From Armatimonadota bacterium (GTDB lineage Bacteria; Sysuimicrobiota; Sysuimicrobiia; Sysuimicrobiales; VGFF01): a stretch of 41,081 nucleotides of DNA. The stretch covers positions 1-41,081 of the forward strand of contig VGFF01000001.1 in assembly GCA_016868955.1 (NCBI GenBank), in the 5' to 3' direction. Shown piece after piece: positions 15,749-29,956 of this stretch (within the stretch, counting starts at the first letter, position 1; every line of letters starts with the position of its first letter). The notes beneath the pieces are model-generated. The model did no database searches and was not told the DNA's origin. It saw only the letters and a program-made list of their open reading frames with translations. Made by a program: the position numbers and the translations under genes.

Positions 15749-18025
15749 ATGCATCTGGCTACGACAGCACAACGACAACCGAACGCGGCGACCGTGGACG
15801 CCCAGATTCCCATTGCCGGGATGAGCTGTGCTTCGTGCGTCGCCCGGGTCGAGGACGCATTGCGGCACGAACCGGGCGTCGCTGCGGCCTCGGTCAACTT
15901 GGCGACGGAGCGCGCGACGGTGTCATTCCGTCCGGACGCGACGTCTCTCGAGGCGCTGTTCGAAGCCATCGAACGTGCCGGGTACGAGCCGATCCGACCG
16001 GCGCCCGAGGCCGATGGCACGCTCGACCGGGAGCGGGTCGCACGGGCCGCGGATCTCGCCGACGTGCGCCGTCGATTCTCGGTCGCCGCCATCCTCACCG
16101 TGCCGATCGTGGTCGCGGCGCTGCCGCACATGCTCGGCTTCCATCTCGCGTGGATTCCCGCGTGGTTGAGCGATCCGCTCACGCAATTTCTTCTCGCGAC
16201 GCCGGTGCAGATCTGGTCCGGGTACCGGTTCTATCGCGGGGCGTGGGCGACGGCGCGCCACGGAACCACCGACATGAACACGCTGGTCTCGGTGGGCACG
16301 ACGGCCGCCTACGGCTACAGCGTCGTCGCCACGTTCGCGCCGGAAGCTTTCGTCGCCGCCGGGTTGACGCCGGTGCTGTACTACGAGACCTCGGCCGTTC
16401 TCATCACCATCATCCTCCTCGGCCGCCTATTGGAAGCGCGGGCCCGCGGACGGACGTCGGAAGCGATTCGCGCGTTGCTCGCGTTGGGCGCGAAGCAGGC
16501 GCGCGTGCTTCGCGACGGTTCGGAGGTCGAGATCCCGATCGAGGCAGTCGTTGCCGGCGACGTCGTCTTGGTTCGACCGGGGGAGAAGATACCCGTCGAC
16601 GGCGTCGTGCTCGATGGCCGGTCCACGGTCGACGAGTCGATGATCACGGGCGAGAGCCTTCCCGTGGAAAAGAATGCCGGCGACGAGGTCATCGGTGCGA
16701 TCTTGAATCGAACGGGTTCCTTCCGATTCCGCGCGACGCGCGTCGGCAGCGACGCGACGCTCGGACAGATCGTTCGGCTCGTCGAGGAAGCGCAGGTCGC
16801 CAAAGCACCCATTCAGCAACTGGCCGATCGCGTCGCCGCGGTCTTCGTGCCGGCGGTCATCGTCCTCGCCGCCTTGACGTTCGCTGCGTGGTGGATCTGG
16901 GGGCCCCAGCCGGCATTCCCGCTGGCGCTCGCGAACTTCATCGCCGTCCTCATCATCGCGTGCCCGTGCGCGCTGGGGTTGGCGACGCCGACCGCGATCA
17001 TGGTCGGCACCGGTCGCGGTGCCGAGAAGGGTGTGCTCATCAAAGGAGGGGACGCGCTGGAGGTCGCGCACCAAATCCGCGTCATCGCCCTCGATAAGAC
17101 CGGCACATTGACGAAGGGAACTCCGAACGTGACCGACGTCGTGCCCGCGGCCGGATGGACGGAGGACGCGTTGCTCGCGATCGCCGCGTCCGCGGAGGTG
17201 GGAAGCGAGCATCCGCTCGGTGAAGCGATCGCCGCCGCCGCCGCGGCGCGTGCGTTGCGCTTGACGATCGCCACCGCGTTCGAAGCGATCCCCGGCGAAG
17301 GCATCATCGCCCAAGTTGAGCGCAGCGCCGTGTTGCTCGGAAATCGAAAGATGTTAGCGGATCGTTGCGTCGTCCTATCTTCGCTCGATGCGACGGCCGA
17401 GGCGCTCAGCGCGGACGGGAAGACGCCGGTCTACGTCGCCGTGGATGGCCGGCTCGCGGGCATGCTCGCGATCGCCGACACGTTGAAAGAGGAAGCGGTC
17501 AAGGTGGTCGCGCGCTTGCGGCGAATGGGCCTGCGGACCGTCATGATCACCGGCGACAACCGCCGCACAGCGCAGGCGATCGCCCGCGCTGTCGGTATCG
17601 ACGACGTGCTCGCCGAGGTCACGCCCGGCGACAAGGCGAGCGAGGTGAAGCGATTGCAGTCCAGCGGCGCGCGCGTCGCGTTCGTCGGCGACGGCATAAA
17701 CGACGCGCCGGCGCTGGCGCAGGCTGACCTAGGTATCGCCATCGGTGCCGGAACCGACGTCGCGATCGAGTCCGCGAGCATCGTTCTCGTCGGCGATGAC
17801 CTGCGGGGCCTGCTGACGGCGATGCGGTTGAGCCGCGCGACGATCCGGACGATCCGCCAGAACCTGTTCTTGGCGTTCGCGTACAACGTCGCCTTGATCC
17901 CCCTGGCGGCCGGTGTCTTCTATCTGCTGTGGGGTTGGCTGTTGAATCCGATCTTCGCGGGCGCCGCGATGGCTGCAAGCTCGGTCACGGTCGTCGCGAA
18001 TAGCCTGCGGCTCCGCAAAGCTTGA
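15749..18025 (+). CDS. copA: Copper-translocating P1B-type ATPase
   Basis: The protein has an N-terminal HMA domain ([12 protein letters not shown]), the CPC motif in [18 protein letters not shown] and GDGINDAP. Confidence 0.95.
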   Translation: MHLATTAQRQPNAATVDAQIPIAGMSCASCVARVEDALRHEPGVAAASVNLATERATVSFRPDATSLEALFEAIERAGYEPIRPAPEADGTLDRERVARAADLADVRRRFSVAAILTVPIVVAALPHMLGFHLAWIPAWLSDPLTQFLLATPVQIWSGYRFYRGAWATARHGTTDMNTLVSVGTTAAYGYSVVATFAPEAFVAAGLTPVLYYETSAVLITIILLGRLLEARARGRTSEAIRALLALGAKQARVLRDGSEVEIPIEAVVAGDVVLVRPGEKIPVDGVVLDGRSTVDESMITGESLPVEKNAGDEVIGAILNRTGSFRFRATRVGSDATLGQIVRLVEEAQVAKAPIQQLADRVAAVFVPAVIVLAALTFAAWWIWGPQPAFPLALANFIAVLIIACPCALGLATPTAIMVGTGRGAEKGVLIKGGDALEVAHQIRVIALDKTGTLTKGTPNVTDVVPAAGWTEDALLAIAASAEVGSEHPLGEAIAAAAAARALRLTIATAFEAIPGEGIIAQVERSAVLLGNRKMLADRCVVLSSLDATAEALSADGKTPVYVAVDGRLAGMLAIADTLKEEAVKVVARLRRMGLRTVMITGDNRRTAQAIARAVGIDDVLAEVTPGDKASEVKRLQSSGARVAFVGDGINDAPALAQADLGIAIGAGTDVAIESASIVLVGDDLRGLLTAMRLSRATIRTIRQNLFLAFAYNVALIPLAAGVFYLLWGWLLNPIFAGAAMAASSVTVVANSLRLRKA

Positions 18026-18094
18026 TCGAGGCGGTCGCAACGCTTCGGATGCGCGTTTTCGGAAGCCTGTGTTGAAAGAAGGGAGAACTAGGCG

Positions 18095-18298
18095 ATGGAC
18101 ATGACGTTGAAGGTGCCGAAAATTCGCTGTGACGGCTGCGTCGCGACGGTCAAGCGGACTTTGTCCGCTTTGCCCGGGGTCGAGCGCGCCGCGGCGAGCG
18201 AGCAATCCAAGGAGGTACGTATCACCTTCGATCCCGCGCGCGTGTCCGAGGCGCAGCTCCGGGCCTCCCTGACGAGCGCCGGTTACCCCGCCGCTTGA
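18095..18298 (+). CDS. copZ: CopZ-like heavy-metal-associated domain protein
   Basis: This is a 67-aa ferredoxin-like HMA domain with a CDGC metal site. GAAGGGAG lies upstream. Confidence 0.8.
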   Translation: MDMTLKVPKIRCDGCVATVKRTLSALPGVERAAASEQSKEVRITFDPARVSEAQLRASLTSAGYPAA

Positions 18299-18367
18299 AC
18301 GAAGCGGAGCGCACGACGCTTCGCTTCCCACACGCCGAGTCCCGCACGGCAACGCAGGTAGGCCAAG

Positions 18368-18405
18368 GCGACGAACGCCCCAGGAGCGGGCGTTCGTCGC
18401 TTTTT
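18368..18405 (+). terminator. Strong intrinsic terminator of the cop operon
   Basis: A perfect 13-bp stem GCGACGAACGCCC / GGGCGTTCGTCGC with a 7-nt loop is followed by TTTTT. Confidence 0.85.
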
Positions 18406-19019
18406 CGCGTGACACCAGCGCAAATGCGGAACTCTTTCGTTGTTGTAACGAACGTCCCCGCCGCTGGACCAACGGTGTGAGGCCCGGCACGCACGCGACC
18501 TTAGGGAATCCGAACAGAGACCTTATCGGCCGCTTGCGCGCGCACCTCACGATGCGATGGCCAGGGCTGGCCCGTGGATCGATCGCGGACAACGGTAAGA
18601 AACGCGAGGCGCCGGGGTGCTGGTCGGCCCCTAGCAATCCGGAGGCCTGTCTTTGCGAATGCGAACTTGGAAAGGCGGCGCGTTGCTGATGGCGTGTTCG
18701 GTGATCGCGTCCGTCGCGTTCGTGGGAACGGCGGCGTTTTTACAACGTGGGGACGGCAACACGTAGCTCATGAAGAAAGCCTGGACGATGGCTATGGAGA
18801 AGTCGAAGGCTGCCCAAACCGCCTCGACGCTGCAAGAAGCGCGCGCACCTCACGCAGGTCGCCGCGTGCGTAGACCCCGTTTTCGCACGCCGGCTCAATC
18901 CCCGCATCAACGAGGAACTCGTCTGTGAGAAAGGGATGGGCGGCGGCATGATGAAGACCGGCAAGGCCGCCGGGCCCGTGATGCGGCGGTGGCTCATGGC
19001 AGATATAGTTACAACATCA

Positions 19020-19061
19020 ATGTCAATGATCTTGACATCCCCATCGCCGGTTCCGTACTGT
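19020..19061 (+). promoter_or_regulatory. Heat-shock operon promoter with an overlapping inverted repeat (candidate HspR operator)
   Basis: The inverted repeat ATGTCAA-TGATC-TTGACAT spans 19020-19038. Its right arm contains a perfect -35 TTGACA (19032-19037). An 18-nt spacer leads to the -10 TACTGT (19056-19061). Confidence 0.45.
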
Positions 19062-19084
19062 AGCGAGCGGAAGGCCAGGTTGAG

Positions 19085-19468
19085 GTGACCGCGATGGCGG
19101 GAGAACAGCGAAAATCGGAAACGATCCCCGTCTACGTGATCAGCATCGCCGCGGAATTGGCGGGGGTGCATCCGCGCACGCTGCGAATCTACGAAGAGAA
19201 GGGTCTGATCCGGCCGGCGCGGCGGAACCAAATTCGCTTGTTCAGCGATCGCGACCTGCAGCGGGTAAGACTCATCCAGGTTCTGACCCGGCAGCACGGC
19301 TTGAACTTGGCCGGGGTGAAGCTTTTCCTGGAGCTGGAAGAGCGGCACGAGGAGGTCGCTTATCACATCCTCGAGAGCCGGGGCATCGCCGTCATGAGGA
19401 TCACGACGACGACGCGGTCGATCCAAGGGTCCGTCGGCGTCAACTTGCGGAGGAGGAGCAAGCGATGA
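19085..19468 (+). CDS. hspR: MerR-family heat-shock regulator HspR
   Basis: The sequence IPVYVISIAAELAGVHPRTLRIYEEKGLIRPARRNQIRLFSDRDLQRVRLIQVLT..GLNLAGVK matches the HspR pattern. Confidence 0.85.
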   Translation: MTAMAGEQRKSETIPVYVISIAAELAGVHPRTLRIYEEKGLIRPARRNQIRLFSDRDLQRVRLIQVLTRQHGLNLAGVKLFLELEERHEEVAYHILESRGIAVMRITTTTRSIQGSVGVNLRRRSKR

Positions 19469-19917
19469 GTCTGCGACGCTGGGATCCATTCGACGAATGG
19501 AACTCCGTCCGCGAGGCGATGGATCAGCTGTTCGAGGAGACGCTGGGCCGTCGGTCGTCGCCGGCGCGCGCCCGCGCGACCGTCACGCACTGGCAGCCGG
19601 CGTTGGAGATCTTCGAAACCGAGGGCGAAATCGTCGTGCGGGCGGAGCTGCCCGGAATCGACCCGAAAGACGTCGACATCACGCTCACGCAGGAAGGCGT
19701 GTCGATCCGCGCTGAGGTCAAGCCCGACGCGGAGAACGGTAAGCGCAACTATTTGCGCCGCGAGCTCCGGTACGGAACGTTCATGCACGCCATCGGGTTG
19801 CCGACCGACGTCGATCGCGACGCGGCGCGGGCGAGCTTCCGCCACGGCATCCTCGAGGTGACACTGCCGAAGAGCGAGCGCGCGAAACCCCGTCAGGTGA
19901 AGGTCGTCGTCGACTGA
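19465..19917 (+). CDS. Hsp20/alpha-crystallin family small heat-shock protein
   Basis: Alpha-crystallin domain motifs are present ([44 protein letters not shown]). There is an ATGA overlap with hspR, and GGAGGAGG lies upstream. Confidence 0.9.
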   Translation: MSLRRWDPFDEWNSVREAMDQLFEETLGRRSSPARARATVTHWQPALEIFETEGEIVVRAELPGIDPKDVDITLTQEGVSIRAEVKPDAENGKRNYLRRELRYGTFMHAIGLPTDVDRDAARASFRHGILEVTLPKSERAKPRQVKVVVD

Positions 19918-19972
19918 AGGTCGTGCGAATTCGGAGACGCCGCGTCGGCGGCCGTCTTCCCAGGAGGCTGAA

Positions 19973-21868
<1,896 letters not shown>

Positions 21869-21918
21869 GTCGGCGGTACGCCGTTGCTAACCGAAGGGAA
21901 GTTCGTCCGGAGGATGGC

Positions 21919-22608
21919 ATGACAAAAGAACGCGACGACACGCAAATCAGCGGAGGTCCGGCGCCGAGCGCTGCCTTCGCCGAGAACGCCGCCGCAGACG
22001 CGGCGAACGTACGTGCGGACGCGCAGGGCGTGGACGCCACCGACGGCGAGGATGCGTGCGCCGACTTGCCGGAGGACGTTCGCAACGAGATCCGCGCCTT
22101 GAACGAGGAAGTCGATCGGGCACGGGCGGAGGCGGAAGAAGCGAAGCAGGAAGCGGACCGGTTCAAGCAGGAGGCGGAACGCAACTGGCAGCAATTCCTG
22201 CATGCCGCCGCCGATCTTGAAAACTACAAGCGCACCTCCGCTAAGGTTCAACGCGACGTGGCGGAGCACGTGCGGCGGCAGATGCTGCAGATCGTGCTGA
22301 GCGCGGCTGACAACTTGGAGCGGGCGATCAGCTACGCGGAACGGAATCAAGAGAACGAAGCGGTCGCCGGCATCCTCGACGGCATGCGCATCGCGCATCG
22401 ATCATTGCTCGAGAAGCTCGGCAGCATCGGCGTCCGGCCGATGGAGGCCGAAGGGAAATCATTCGACCCAGCGTTGCACGAAGCCGTGGCGGTGGCGACG
22501 GTAGAGGAAGCGGGATCGCAGTCCGGGACGGTGACCGACGTTTTGCAGACAGGGTACCTCATCGGCGAGGATGTCCTGCGCCCGGCACTCGTAAAGGTCG
22601 TCAAATAG
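21919..22608 (+). CDS. grpE: Nucleotide exchange factor GrpE
   Basis: A coiled-coil N-terminal part is followed by the GrpE core ([10 protein letters not shown]......[19 protein letters not shown]). Confidence 0.9.
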   Translation: MTKERDDTQISGGPAPSAAFAENAAADAANVRADAQGVDATDGEDACADLPEDVRNEIRALNEEVDRARAEAEEAKQEADRFKQEAERNWQQFLHAAADLENYKRTSAKVQRDVAEHVRRQMLQIVLSAADNLERAISYAERNQENEAVAGILDGMRIAHRSLLEKLGSIGVRPMEAEGKSFDPALHEAVAVATVEEAGSQSGTVTDVLQTGYLIGEDVLRPALVKVVK

Positions 22609-22621
22609 GGGTCTGACGCGC

Positions 22622-23592
22622 ATGGAGTTCAAGGAGTACTACAAGATCCTCGACGTCCCACGCGACGCGGACGGAAAAGCGATCACTCAGGTGTTTCGCA
22701 AGCTGGCCCGGCAGTACCATCCCGACGTCAACAAGGGTCCGAACGCCGTAGAGAAGTTCAAGGAGATCAACGAGGCATTCCAAGTCTTCGGTGACTCCGA
22801 AAAGCGGCGGCAGTACGACGCGATGCTCACCGTCCGTGAGGCCGGCGTGCCGTGAGAGTCTCTGTTCACACACGGCCCGAGAAGCGCGCCCGGACCGATC
22901 GGCGGGCCGACCGGTCGCGCGACGTGGAAGACCGTCTTTCGCGAAGGCGGATCGACCTTCGAAGGCCTCGGCGATTTCTCCAAGTTCTTCCGCACCCTCT
23001 TCGGAGGAGAAGTCGAGGAGCGCCCGGCGACGCCGCGGTCCGATCGTCCCGATCGCATGCCGTGCGGCGAAGAAGCATCGGCGGTACAGCCGGCCGCCGT
23101 CGTGGAAATCACGCTCAACGAAGTCTATCACGGCACCGAGCGCGACCTGCGGGTGACGGCCGACGGAAAGTTCCGCGACGTCAAGGCGAAGATCCCCGCC
23201 GGGATCAAATCGGGGCAAAAGTACGTTTCAGGGGCGTCGGTGTCTCCGTCGAGATTCGGGTGCTGGAGCACCGGACGTTCTCGCGGCAGGGCGACGACCT
23301 GCGATGCGAAGTGCCGATCTCGCTCCCAGAAGCCGTTCTCGGCGACGTCGTCGAGGTGCCCACCCTTTCCGGGAGGCCCAAGATGACCGTTCCGCCCGAG
23401 ACGCAGAACGGCCAAGTCTTCGGGTTACGCGGCCATGGGATGCCGCGTTTGCGCGGGGAGGGCAAAGGCGACCTGATGGTGCTAGTCAAGGTCGTCCTCC
23501 CGCAGAAACTGACGAGCGAGGAGAAGAGGCTGTTCGAGCAATTCGCGCGGCTCCGTATGGATCGGACGCGCGCGTCGTTGGGATTGCGGTGA
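22622..23592 (+). pseudogene. DnaJ/CbpA-type co-chaperone without a zinc-finger domain, interrupted by an in-frame TGA (22853-22855) and a -1 frame change at 23216-23222
   Basis: The J domain has an intact HPD (YYKILDV...YHPDVNKG...[22 protein letters not shown]). The same frame resumes after the TGA with a G/F-like linker (STFEGLGDFSKFFRTLFGG) and CTD-I (VVEITLNEVYHGTERDL...KIPAGIKSGQK). CTD-II (VRFRGVG..VEIRVLEHRTFSRQGDDL...GDLMVLVKVVLP) is in the -1 frame. The total length is 971 nt, that is 3n-1. Confidence 0.8.
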
Positions 23593-23599
23593 GGTTACC

Positions 23600-26218
<2,619 letters not shown>

Positions 26219-26225
26219 TGGTTCG

Positions 26226-27401
26226 GTGAGCCGCCCGCTCCTGGTGATCTTTCTCACCATATTCGTCAATCTCGTCGGGTTCGGCATCGTCATTCCGTTG
26301 CTTCCTTTTTATGCGACGGAGTTCGGCGCGTCGCCGTTCGTCGTCGGATTGTTGTTCGCGTCGTATTCGATCTGCCAGCTGTTCGCGGCTCCGTTTCTCG
26401 GCGGCCTGTCGGATCGATGGGGGCGTCGTCCCGTCCTACTGTTCAGCATCCTGGGAACCGCTTTCAGCTTTCTGCTCTTGGCGATCGCGCACAACCTGCC
26501 GATCCTGTTCGCGTCGCGCATCATCGACGGCCTGTCCGGCGGCAACATCTCCACGGCGCGCGCGTACATCGGAGACGTTACCGAACCCGAGAATCGAGCC
26601 AAGGCCTTCGGCCTCATCGGCGCAGCGTTCGGCCTCGGTTTCATCTTCGGTCCGGCGCTCGCCGGCGTGCTTTCACCGATCTCTTATGCGGCGCCGGCTT
26701 GGGCGGCCACGGCTCTGGCGGCGGCGGCCGCGTTGTTGTGTTGGATTTGGCTACCCGAGACCGTTCATCGCATGACCGTGCGCCCGCAGGCGTCGATCCT
26801 CGGCTCCCTGATGCCCGTTCTCCGCCGGCCGCGATTGGGCCGGTTGCTCTTCATCGACTTCCTCTACTGGTCGACGTTCGCGCTCTATCAGACCACTTTC
26901 GCCTTGTTCGGAGCGCAACGATTTCGGTTCGGACCGGCGGAGATCGGCTACACGCTCGCGTTCACCGGCGTGCTCGGCGTTGTCGTGCAGGGTACGTTGG
27001 TCGGGCCAGTCGTGCGTCGATTCGGGGAACGCCTGTCGCTGGCGATTGGGTTGTGCGTCGCGGCGGCGGCGCTCGCGGTTGCGTCCGTGTCGACTTCGGT
27101 GCCCGTTTTCCTCGGCGCGCTGATCCCGGCGGCCGCTGGATTCGGAATCTCCATCCCGGCATTGACGAGCCTGTTGAGCAAATCGGCCCGCAATGACGAG
27201 CAAGGCACCGTGCAAGGCGTCGCCGGCTCGATGGAGAGTCTCGGCCGCACGATCGGCCCGGTCTGGGGGAACGCCGCGTTGCAGGTCTTCGGGACAGGAT
27301 CGGCGTACCTCTCAGCCGCGGCGCTGATGCTGTTCACAGGGTTGTTCGCGCTCGGCTTGCGCACCGAACCCTTGGACGCGCCTCGTTCCCGGGGATCATG
27401 A
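26226..27401 (+). CDS. MFS transporter (drug:H+ antiporter / TetA-like type)
   Basis: The protein has about 12 predicted TM helices and the MFS loop motif GGLSDRWGRRPVLL. Confidence 0.85.
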   Translation: MSRPLLVIFLTIFVNLVGFGIVIPLLPFYATEFGASPFVVGLLFASYSICQLFAAPFLGGLSDRWGRRPVLLFSILGTAFSFLLLAIAHNLPILFASRIIDGLSGGNISTARAYIGDVTEPENRAKAFGLIGAAFGLGFIFGPALAGVLSPISYAAPAWAATALAAAAALLCWIWLPETVHRMTVRPQASILGSLMPVLRRPRLGRLLFIDFLYWSTFALYQTTFALFGAQRFRFGPAEIGYTLAFTGVLGVVVQGTLVGPVVRRFGERLSLAIGLCVAAAALAVASVSTSVPVFLGALIPAAAGFGISIPALTSLLSKSARNDEQGTVQGVAGSMESLGRTIGPVWGNAALQVFGTGSAYLSAAALMLFTGLFALGLRTEPLDAPRSRGS

Positions 27402-27455
27402 GGGAAACGACCCGCCGCGGCACGGCGGCTTGGAATCTTCGGCACAGGTGAGCCC

Positions 27456-28016
27456 ATGAACTGGCAGACCATCTTCGAAAGCGCGCTCCCGTATCACGAG
27501 TTCTTAAAAAAACACGGCAACGAGACGCAGCGTGCCCGGTGGGCCGCGGTCTACGAGCAGGTCCGGCTCAGCGACCGGCAGCGCTTGCTCCTCGGCGGGT
27601 TCGCCCGCGAGATGAACGTGCTCGTGCTCACCGGCGCGTGGTGCGGCGATTGCGTGAACCAGTGCCCGTCGATGGAACACATCGCGAACGCTTCGCCCAA
27701 GATTCGCCTCCGGTTCATCGACCGGGACGTAGACCATGCTCTGCGCGAGGCCCTGGCCATCAATCTCGGCCATCGCGTGCCGGTAATGGTCATGTTGAGC
27801 GAGGACTTCGCGGAGGTGTCGCGTTACGGCGAGCGGACGTTGTCTGCCTACCGCCGGATGGCCGCGGAAGGGCTCGGTCCAGCATGCCCGGTCGGCGTGC
27901 GGCCGCCCGAGGGCGATCACCTCGTCGCGATCACGCAGGAGTGGCTCGACGAAATCGAGCGGGCGCAGCTTCTGCTGCGCTTGTCGCACCGACTTCGCGA
28001 GCGTCACGGCGACTGA
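27456..28016 (+). CDS. Thioredoxin-like family protein
   Basis: The sequence VLVLTGAWCGDCVNQCP carries a WCxxC-type site in a roughly 186-aa protein. The subfamily was not determined. Confidence 0.65.
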   Translation: MNWQTIFESALPYHEFLKKHGNETQRARWAAVYEQVRLSDRQRLLLGGFAREMNVLVLTGAWCGDCVNQCPSMEHIANASPKIRLRFIDRDVDHALREALAINLGHRVPVMVMLSEDFAEVSRYGERTLSAYRRMAAEGLGPACPVGVRPPEGDHLVAITQEWLDEIERAQLLLRLSHRLRERHGD

Positions 28017-28082
28017 GTCGCCGCTTCGCCCAGAGTCTCCGTTTTGCGGTTGTCAAATCCCGTTCTTTAGGGAGGGATTGTC

Positions 28083-29579
28083 ATTCTCGAGCTCATCGTC
28101 TTCGTCAGCGGCGCGGTCTTCCTCGCGCTCGAGATCATCGCCAGCCGCGTCATCGCGCCGACATACGGCAACTCGATTTACGTTTGGGGCAGCCTCATCG
28201 GCGTCTTCTTGACCGCGCTCAGCGTCGGGTACTACTGGGGAGGCCGGATCGCCGACCGATACCCGAGCCACGGGTTGTTTTGCGGCATCGTCTTTCTTGC
28301 GGGCCTGCTAATCGTTCCCATCCCGCTCGTCGCGCCGGCGGTGCTCGAGATGCTCAACGTTCGCGACGTCGGACCGCGTACGGGCCCCTTGGCGGCGTCA
28401 TTGACCCTGTTCATTCCGGCAAGCGTCGTCATGGGAATGGTTTCGCCCTTGTCGGTCCGATTGGCGGCGCGCTCGTTCGCGACCGTCGGTGCCGCCGCCG
28501 GACGACTCTATGCCATCTCGACGATGGGCAGCATCACCGGCTGTCTACTCGCCAGCTTCTACTTGATCTCGATTCTCGGCGTGCGGGAGATCATCTTGAT
28601 GCTCGGGGTGGCCGAGATGGCGATGGCGTCCGTCGGATTTCTCGCGTTGCGGCGAGCCCCGGTTGCCGCTGCCGCTGCCGCCGTCGCGACTTTGATCGTG
28701 GTGCTCGTGGCGCCGCGTCTGTTCGCGGCCGAGCGGCCCGGCGTCATCTTCGCGAAGGACACAGTCTACCATCGCATCACCATCAGCGACGAAGGGCACA
28801 TCCGCTACATGAGGCTGGACAACTACTGGCAGAGCGCCGAGAACCGCGAGGACCGGCGCCGCACCGTGTTTCGCTACGCCGACTACATGCACGCCGGCAT
28901 GCTGTTCGCGCCCGACGCGCGCAAGGTGCTGTTGATCGGCATGGGCGGCGGCACCGTGCCGAAGCGATTCCTCGAGGACTACCCGAACGTCGAGATGACC
29001 GTCGTGGAGATCGATCCGGACGTGAATCGCGCCGCGGAGCGGTTCTTCGACGTCCCGTCGAGCGGCCGCATCCGGACGTTCGGCCAGGATGGCCGGCAGT
29101 TCGTGCGGCGGTCTCCTGATCGATACGGCCAGATCTTGATGGACGCCTACCTGAAGGACACGCTGCCGTTTCACCTCGCGACGCGCGAGTACTTTCAGGA
29201 GATCCGTGACCGGCTGACCCCCGAGGGCGTCTTCGTCGCCAACATCATCGGAGCGCTCGACGGTCCGGAGAGCAAGCTGTTCCGTGCCGTGTTCAAAAGC
29301 GTGCAACACGTGTTTCCGAACACGTACGCGTTTCCCGTGGAATTCGGCGACAACGGCTACGCCGATTCGATCCGCAACATCATCGTCGTCGGCACGCAGG
29401 GCGCGCCGACGACGCGCGCGGAGGTCATCCGCCGTGCCGCGATGCTCCGTGATCGCGTGCGCGTGCCCGGATTCGACGCGGTCTCCCGCGACTTCTACAC
29501 CCGAAGGATCCGCACCGAGGACGTGCCGGTTCTCACCGACAACTACGCGCCATCGGACTGGTTGATCCACTCCCGCTAG
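28083..29579 (+). CDS. Membrane-fused spermidine-synthase-like protein (polyamine aminopropyltransferase fold)
   Basis: The C-terminal domain has VLLIGMGGGT..VEIDP..D.Y..ILMDAY and the N-terminal half is multi-TM. The first canonical start is TTG 28209, but the frame is open from 28071. That upstream stretch encodes the conserved first helix (ILELIVFVSGAVFLALEIIASRVIAPTYGNS). ATT 28083 lies 7 nt after GGAGG. Confidence 0.7.
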   Translation: MLELIVFVSGAVFLALEIIASRVIAPTYGNSIYVWGSLIGVFLTALSVGYYWGGRIADRYPSHGLFCGIVFLAGLLIVPIPLVAPAVLEMLNVRDVGPRTGPLAASLTLFIPASVVMGMVSPLSVRLAARSFATVGAAAGRLYAISTMGSITGCLLASFYLISILGVREIILMLGVAEMAMASVGFLALRRAPVAAAAAAVATLIVVLVAPRLFAAERPGVIFAKDTVYHRITISDEGHIRYMRLDNYWQSAENREDRRRTVFRYADYMHAGMLFAPDARKVLLIGMGGGTVPKRFLEDYPNVEMTVVEIDPDVNRAAERFFDVPSSGRIRTFGQDGRQFVRRSPDRYGQILMDAYLKDTLPFHLATREYFQEIRDRLTPEGVFVANIIGALDGPESKLFRAVFKSVQHVFPNTYAFPVEFGDNGYADSIRNIIVVGTQGAPTTRAEVIRRAAMLRDRVRVPGFDAVSRDFYTRRIRTEDVPVLTDNYAPSDWLIHSR

Positions 29580-29587
29580 ACGACGTC

Positions 29588-29947
29588 ATGGCCGTCGTGA
29601 AGCTGTACCTCGGCGACGTGATCCGCACCCGAAAGCCGCATCCCTGCAGCGGCGACACTTGGGAGATCGAGCGGGTCGGCGCCGACATCGGCATCCGGTG
29701 CCGCACCTGCGGCCGCTACACTCTGGTGTCGCGACCGCGCCTGGAGCGCCGCATCGTGGCATTCCTAAAGCGCGGCTCCGACCAACCACAGACGCCGGCG
29801 CCGCTATCGGTGTCGCACGCCGCCAAGACCGAGCCGATCCCGCGCCGCGCGCGTAAGACCGCGCCGCCGCCGGAGCCGGGGGTGGGCCCGCGCCGCCGGA
29901 TTATTCGCAAACGCGAGAGCGGCAACGAACCTACGCCGCCGTCCTAA
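29588..29947 (+). CDS. DUF951 (YyzM-like) small protein with a Pro/Arg-rich C-terminal extension
   Basis: The sequence LGDVIRTRKPHPCSGDTWEIERVGADIGIRCRTCGRYTLVSRPRLERRI fits the DUF951 pattern. The position upstream of ychF matches Firmicutes synteny. Confidence 0.75.
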   Translation: MAVVKLYLGDVIRTRKPHPCSGDTWEIERVGADIGIRCRTCGRYTLVSRPRLERRIVAFLKRGSDQPQTPAPLSVSHAAKTEPIPRRARKTAPPPEPGVGPRRRIIRKRESGNEPTPPS

Positions 29948-29956
29948 ACGCTCGAG

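Noticed and set aside
15172-16182. The N-terminal two thirds of the 483-aa minus-strand ORF 14731..16182
   Set aside because: It is antisense to csoR, its promoter and the 5' end of copA. Only the C-terminal 146 aa resemble a known family (SnoaL / ester cyclase).
17729-19489. Two minus-strand ORFs (302 aa and 249 aa) covering the copA end, copZ, the gap and hspR
   Set aside because: They overlap well-supported plus-strand genes and a strong plus-strand terminator, and no family resemblance was seen. Only the 18792..19016 segment, in a different frame, looked coding-like, and it is mentioned as a relic.
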